A DNA stretch of 28,900 bases from a virus (taxonomy: Duplodnaviria > Caudoviricetes): the IMG/VR virus record IMGVR_UViG_3300037310_000289, positions 1-28,900 of that record; one strand, 5' to 3'. Position 1 is the first letter of the stretch. Every line of letters begins with the position of its first letter. A program made the translations under genes and the position numbers. Below the pieces are notes generated by a model. That model made no database searches, was not told the DNA's origin, and saw only the letters and a list, made by a program, of their open reading frames with translations. Below are positions 24,508 through 28,900 of this stretch, piece after piece.

Positions 24508-26427
24508 TCAGGCATCCTTTTCGGTCTGGTGCGAGGTCACGATCTGGCCTCGCGGATCGCGCTCGATGGTGGATTGCGTCACGCGCTCGGGCATGGAGAC
24601 GATCTGCATCTGCATCACGCCTTCGGGTGCGGCGGCCTTGGCTTCAACGGTGATGGGCGCTTCGACCCGCACGTCAGGCGCCGCGACGTGCACGGCGCCC
24701 TGGTTCACGGTGACATCGGGCGACTCGACGGTGATGGGCGCGTCGACCTGCACCTTGAGCTCGCGCTCGGGCACGATGACATCGCCGGCGGTGAAGCTGA
24801 CGGGGCCTTGCTTGACTTCGAGTTGCACATTGCGCTGCGCGACGGCGCGCACCAAGCCCAGCATCTCGCGCGCGGTGACCGGCTTGTCGGGCTCGGTGCC
24901 GAGCTTGAGCAGTTGCGGCACGCGCATATGCATCCAGTCTTCGACCGTGGCGGCGGCGAGCTGGCCAGCGCCGTGCATCTGCTTGGCCGTCTCGGCTGCG
25001 GCACGCGCGTCGGCCGCGGCGCGCTCGGCGTCGAGCACAAGCACCTCGCCGACGAAGCGGGCATGCGGCTCGCCGAAACTGGCGTCGATCGCAGCGGGCA
25101 CGTCTGCGGCGCGCATGGCTTTCTGCAGCGCAGCGGCTTCCTTGCGCGCGATGCGCTCGGCGGCTGCCGTCTGAATGGCGAGGCTTCGCGCGTCGAGTGC
25201 GGACGGCTGTGCGGCGGCATTGCTCTGCGGCGACTCGCCTCGCTCTTGCGCGGCACGGCGGCTGCCGGCGGGGGCCATGTTCATGGGCTCAAGCGGCTCG
25301 TCGAGGCCGTCGATGGGATTCAGGTTCTCTTTCTCTCGCGCTTCGTTGCGCAAGAGCCAGCCATCTTGGATGCCCTTGCCGTAGGCTTCATAGCGGCTGC
25401 GGGTATCACCACGCAGCAGCATGTCAACCAGGTGCTCCGGGAAGAAACCATCGCCGAAGAACAGGTCGCGCTGAAGGGTAGCCTCCCAGCGGCGGCACCA
25501 GGGCAGGACGGTGTCGGTGACCCAATCGATCTGCTGGTGCTCGATGTTGGCCCACTTGGCTTCCGATAGGATGCCGATCTTGTGCGGCGGCACGCGGAAG
25601 ATGCCGGCGATGTCCATCGCGCTGGCGTTGACGAAGCCGAGCCACTCGGCGTCGGTGTTGTTGACGCCGAGGGCGTGCAGCTTCATGCCGTTTTCGAGCA
25701 CGGGCGTAGTGCCGGTGTTCTTGCCACCGTAGGCGGCCTTGAAGTCCTGCACCCACTGGCGGCGAGCAACATCGTCCTTGAACTTCTGCGGCGCTTCGAT
25801 CCAGGTGGGCGGGCGGGCGCTGTTGCCGAAGTAGCGCGAGCCGTAGTCGCGCGCGGCGATAGCAGCGCCGATAGCCTCGCGCTGCTCGCGGATGGGGTTC
25901 AGTCCCTCCCAGCCATCCACGCTGAAACCTTGCAGGTGAATGATTTCGCCGAAGACGAGCACGCGCTCGCGACCATTGGCATCTTGCGTGCGGTAGCGCG
26001 GCAGGCCGTTGGGCAAGACTTCGACGGTGGTGCGGTCGGGGTGGAGCGGGACCAGGCGATCGTAGCGGCCGGCGCCGTCGAGCACGATCTCGCTGTATCC
26101 GTTGCCGCGCATGAGCGCGTGCGCCTGCATCATCTCTCGCCACTGCAGGCCGGTCTGCCATGGATTGGGGTACTCGAGCAAGCGGGCGATGGGGTGATCG
26201 GGCACGCGCTCCTTGCCGCGGGCGATCCGGCGGTAGGTGGGCAGCGGCAGCATGGATACGGTCTCGGCAATGGCCTTGACGCACTTCCACACCCAACTGA
26301 GTTGCAGCGCGGTGACTTGGTTAACGCGCGATCCGGCAATGGCGGGCGTGCCGAGCGCGGTGTACCAAAAGTCGTCGGCAGGGCCGTGCTGCGCCTCGCC
26401 GGCGAGCAGTTGCGCGGAGGCGAACAT
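24508..26427 (-). CDS. Portal protein, HK97 family, with long C-terminal extension (639 aa)
   Basis: V....ALQ...V..CV..IAE....LP, PN..QT, GNGY, PLHPD, G..P, LE.GM, IA.IFRVP, NIE.Q and G.L..NE.R..ENL.PI.G.D motifs. The core ends at about residue 385. Confidence 0.95.
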   Translation of the reverse strand: MFASAQLLAGEAQHGPADDFWYTALGTPAIAGSRVNQVTALQLSWVWKCVKAIAETVSMLPLPTYRRIARGKERVPDHPIARLLEYPNPWQTGLQWREMMQAHALMRGNGYSEIVLDGAGRYDRLVPLHPDRTTVEVLPNGLPRYRTQDANGRERVLVFGEIIHLQGFSVDGWEGLNPIREQREAIGAAIAARDYGSRYFGNSARPPTWIEAPQKFKDDVARRQWVQDFKAAYGGKNTGTTPVLENGMKLHALGVNNTDAEWLGFVNASAMDIAGIFRVPPHKIGILSEAKWANIEHQQIDWVTDTVLPWCRRWEATLQRDLFFGDGFFPEHLVDMLLRGDTRSRYEAYGKGIQDGWLLRNEAREKENLNPIDGLDEPLEPMNMAPAGSRRAAQERGESPQSNAAAQPSALDARSLAIQTAAAERIARKEAAALQKAMRAADVPAAIDASFGEPHARFVGEVLVLDAERAAADARAAAETAKQMHGAGQLAAATVEDWMHMRVPQLLKLGTEPDKPVTAREMLGLVRAVAQRNVQLEVKQGPVSFTAGDVIVPERELKVQVDAPITVESPDVTVNQGAVHVAAPDVRVEAPITVEAKAAAPEGVMQMQIVSMPERVTQSTIERDPRGQIVTSHQTEKDA

Positions 26428-26606
26428 CAGACGCGCGGTGCGGTGCGCAGCCAGCCGCGGCGAGCCAGCGCGAGCGTGAGCAGCAAGATGAGCACGAGGC
26501 TCACGCCGGCGACGATGAGCCCAGCCGGCAGGTACACGAAGCCGGCGCCGACGCTCACGAGCAGCCAGGCCGCCAGCATGACGACGTTGTACAGGTGCGG
26601 GTTCAT
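26427..26606 (-). CDS. Small membrane protein between terminase and portal (59 aa)
   Basis: My translation: MNPHLYNVVMLAAWLLVSVGAGFVYLPAGLIVAGVSLVLILLLTLALARRGWLRTAPRV. The stop overlaps the portal ATG. It is not in the supplied ORF track. Confidence 0.75.
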   Translation of the reverse strand: MNPHLYNVVMLAAWLLVSVGAGFVYLPAGLIVAGVSLVLILLLTLALARRGWLRTAPRV

Positions 26607-26607
26607 G

Positions 26608-28311
26608 TCAGACGACGGCCAAGCGGTCTTCGACGGTGATGAACTCCTCGCTGCCGTGCATGAGGCGGCCGAGGGCGAGGAGCATGGCGATGGGGCCGTC
26701 GATCTTGTTCTCGGCGCGGGCCTTGGTGGGCTGCTTCAGGCCGTTGAACTTGCTGGTTTGCACTTCGATGTTGCTGACCATCCAGGTGAAGACCGGGTTG
26801 CCGTCGAAGCGCAGCTTGTTCTCGAGCACAAGGTTCTCCAGGTGCGTCAGCGGTTGGGTGAAGAACATGGGCGCCTGGCGGATCTCCACCAGGGGCAGGC
26901 CCTCTTCGACCAGCTTGGTGGCGAAGTAGCGTGACAGCGCGGGATCGAACGGGATCTCGCGCACGTCGAAGCGGGTGCAGTAGCTGCGCAGGTCGTTGGC
27001 GATGACGTCGAAGTCGGTGGCATTGCCTTCGGTCATGGCAACGTGGCCGGCGCGGGCCCAGCCTTGCAGGTGAGCGTTGCCGCTCTCTTCGACGGCGGCT
27101 TCGTTCAGGTACAGGCGCGGGAAGACGTACACCACGTCGCCGCGTTGGAAGACGAGGCACAGGGCCGCGAAGTCGCGCTTCTCGGCGAGATCCATGCCGA
27201 TCCAGCAGGGCTCGCCGGCGAAGTCGTCCAGGCGCAGATCGGTGTCGGCGCAACGCTCCCAGGCGACCATGTCCATGAAGGCCTGCGCGCTGTTGACCCA
27301 GATGTTCAGGCGCTTGGTGAGGAAGTTCGCCACGGCGCTGGGCTGCGCCAGGGCTTTGCGGCACGCGGCCTCCATGTCGTCGAGCTTGACGCTGATGCCG
27401 AGGTTGGGGTTGGCCTTGCGCCAGACGGCGGGGTCGTGCCAGAGATCGCCGTCGTCGATGGTGTAGATGACGCCGAACCAGGACTCGTCGTCGACCACGC
27501 CTTCGAGGACCTTGATGGTGTAGTCGCGCAGCTCGTAGCAGATGCCGGAGCGGTCGGTGCCGGCGGTGGTGATGGCGCTGAGCAGCGGCTGCGATCGCGC
27601 GCCGGTGGCGCTGTCGAGCACATCCCAGACGGCGCGGGTCTTGTGGGCGTGCACTTCGTCCACGCTGCCGGCGTGCAGGTTCAGGCCGTCGAGCGTGCTG
27701 CCTTCGGCGTTGAGCGGCTTGAAGCTGCTGGCGCTGCTGGGCAGGGTGATGTCGTGCTTGCCGACATCGACGCCGAAGCGCGAGAGGAACGCGGGCTCGC
27801 GCAGGGCCATGTTGCGGGCAACGTCGAACACTTCGCGGGCCTGGTCGCCAGTGGTGGCTGCGCTGTAGCAGTGCGCGCCGGGCTCGCCGTCGGCCACCAG
27901 GAGGTACAGGAGGCGGGCGGCGACGCGCGTGCTCTTGGCGTTCTTGCGCGCGATCTCTTCGTAGCTGCGACGGAAGCGGCGCAGGCCGGTGTCGCGGTGC
28001 TTCCAGCCGAAGAGCTGCAGCTCGTTGAAGACCTGCCAGTCGCCGAGCTGGATCTTGGCGTAGCAGACCTTGCCGTCGATGTACACCGGCTTGGCCCACT
28101 CGCCCTTGATGTGCGGCAGCAGCTCGATGAAGTGGCACGCGCGGCCACCGGCGGCAGCGTCGAAGACGTAGGGGAACTCGGGCGTGCCCTGGCGATCGAG
28201 GTCGCGCAGGAAGCGCTGGCAGGCCAGGCGCTCCAGGCGGCCGGCGACTTCTTCGCCCGCGATCACGCGCCGCGCGTAGCTCGTCGCGCGGGTGAGATAA
28301 GCGTCGTACAT
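26608..28311 (-). CDS. terL: Terminase large subunit (Terminase_1 / HK97-like)
   Basis: Walker A variant IARKNAKST, Walker B SVDEVH, ITTAG, W.KANPNLG, IGMDLA and KIDG motifs. Confidence 0.96.
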   Translation of the reverse strand: MYDAYLTRATSYARRVIAGEEVAGRLERLACQRFLRDLDRQGTPEFPYVFDAAAGGRACHFIELLPHIKGEWAKPVYIDGKVCYAKIQLGDWQVFNELQLFGWKHRDTGLRRFRRSYEEIARKNAKSTRVAARLLYLLVADGEPGAHCYSAATTGDQAREVFDVARNMALREPAFLSRFGVDVGKHDITLPSSASSFKPLNAEGSTLDGLNLHAGSVDEVHAHKTRAVWDVLDSATGARSQPLLSAITTAGTDRSGICYELRDYTIKVLEGVVDDESWFGVIYTIDDGDLWHDPAVWRKANPNLGISVKLDDMEAACRKALAQPSAVANFLTKRLNIWVNSAQAFMDMVAWERCADTDLRLDDFAGEPCWIGMDLAEKRDFAALCLVFQRGDVVYVFPRLYLNEAAVEESGNAHLQGWARAGHVAMTEGNATDFDVIANDLRSYCTRFDVREIPFDPALSRYFATKLVEEGLPLVEIRQAPMFFTQPLTHLENLVLENKLRFDGNPVFTWMVSNIEVQTSKFNGLKQPTKARAENKIDGPIAMLLALGRLMHGSEEFITVEDRLAVV

Positions 28312-28856
28312 CAGACGAAGGAGCCGAAGTCTCGCGGCGGGTCGGCCTGGCTAGGCGTGCCGTGCGTTGCGCCACCCTCGAACAGCGTGAGCTGGGCGCG
28401 AATGGCGGTGGTGACCTTGGCGCGCGCGTCGGGGCGCAAGCCGAAGCTCTCGAGCAGACGGTGGAGCTTGTCCTGCTCGCGGTTGAGGATCTGATACAGC
28501 GCGGACTGAACGCGCAGGCCGTTGGGCGTGGTGTCCATCAGCGCGTCGGCCGGGTCACCGCTGTCGGCCAGCAGAGCCGCTTGCTTGCCGGCGATCGAGC
28601 GCTCGACGATTTCAAGCCGGCCGATGGTCTGGCACAGCAACGCAAAGGCGTCGCGGTCGACCTTGCTCAACAGGTTGTAGCGCTGCAGCTCTTTGCTCAG
28701 CCGGCGCCAGGCCTTGCGCGCTTCCTTCGACAGCCACCGAGGCGCATCGGGCACGCCGACTTCGGGCCGGAACAGCTGGTCGAGGTTGATCGGGCGGTGT
28801 CCGCGGTTGCCCTCGAGCAGCTTCAGCTCGGCAGGCTTCGGTGCCGGCCCCGCCAT
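28311..28856 (-). CDS. terS: Terminase small subunit, P27 family
   Basis: GP.PKP..LKLL.GN.G.R, P..P.WL...A...W, D...F...C and FGL.P.AR motifs. Confidence 0.92.
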   Translation of the reverse strand: MAGPAPKPAELKLLEGNRGHRPINLDQLFRPEVGVPDAPRWLSKEARKAWRRLSKELQRYNLLSKVDRDAFALLCQTIGRLEIVERSIAGKQAALLADSGDPADALMDTTPNGLRVQSALYQILNREQDKLHRLLESFGLRPDARAKVTTAIRAQLTLFEGGATHGTPSQADPPRDFGSFV

Positions 28857-28900
28857 CGTTACCCCCCCACCCCCTCAACCTGCGCGCGCGAAAAAAAGGT
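28857..28900 (-). other. Probable cos-proximal packaging region upstream of terS
   Basis: ACCTTTTTTTCGCGCGCGCAGGTTGAGGGGGTGGGGGGG directly precedes terS, where HK97-like phages carry cos. The cut site itself is not visible. Confidence 0.4.

Larger units (their letters stand above)
567..28900 (-). mobile_element. Temperate siphovirus-type phage/prophage late region (HK97-like head, RcGTA-like tail tip)
   Basis: Continuous co-oriented terminase-portal-protease-capsid-tail-lysis gene order with ATGA/GTGA/TGATG overlaps, ending at a tRNA-derived att core. Confidence 0.95.

Noticed and set aside
26603-28375. 590-aa Arg/Pro-rich minus-strand ORF overlapping terL, and similar alternate-frame ORFs
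   Set aside because: The composition is typical of an off-frame reading of GC3-rich codons, and the terL frame carries all the motifs.
6744-28494. Long plus-strand ORFs (e.g. 6744..8480, 12365..13897, 18899..20593, 27043..28494)
   Set aside because: They are antisense shadows of well-supported minus-strand genes, expected in GC-rich DNA, and show no recognisable motifs.
6336-28856. Gene transfer agent cluster
   Set aside because: The tip genes are GTA-like, but the long tape measure, P27 terS with cos-like region, linked lysis cassette and att/int indicate a true temperate phage.
28861-28880. G-quadruplex upstream of terS
   Set aside because: There are only two long G runs plus a GG, and G runs near cos and RBS regions are common. 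Nothing supports a function.
1-28900. CRISPR array, IS element or stop-codon reassignment
   Set aside because: I saw no regularly spaced repeats or transposase, and core genes are full length in the standard code using TGA, TAG and TAA stops.

Overview
This window is almost entirely the late (morphogenesis and lysis) operon of a temperate long-tailed dsDNA phage or prophage, encoded on the minus strand. The host is inferred to be a GC-rich betaproteobacterium. In transcription order (right to left): a cos-proximal-like sequence, small and large terminase, a small membrane protein, and an HK97-family portal with a ~240-aa C-terminal extension. A five-gene cassette of uncharacterised structural-looking proteins then sits between the portal and the S49 prohead protease. 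Next come an HK97-fold capsid, a decoration-like protein, head-tail joining genes, the tail tube, a G/GT chaperone pair with a GGGAAAC -1 frameshift, and a 1072-aa tape measure. These are followed by an RcGTA-type tail tip (DUF2460, DUF2163, NlpC/P60, megatron-like), a fibre/adaptor plus LamG-like pair and a secreted Cys-rich protein. A lysis cassette follows (holin-like proteins, TIGR02594 peptidase, Rz with embedded Rz1), then a secreted Fn3 protein. The operon ends at a 46-bp 3' half of tRNA-Cys(GCA) (att core), followed by a truncated integrase N-terminus. The strongest leads are the extended portal plus inserted cassette (a possible head/neck appendage system), an anti-Shine-Dalgarno structured RNA-like element inside the head operon, and the att/integrase arrangement. 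All family assignments come from motif recognition and gene order, not from database searches.
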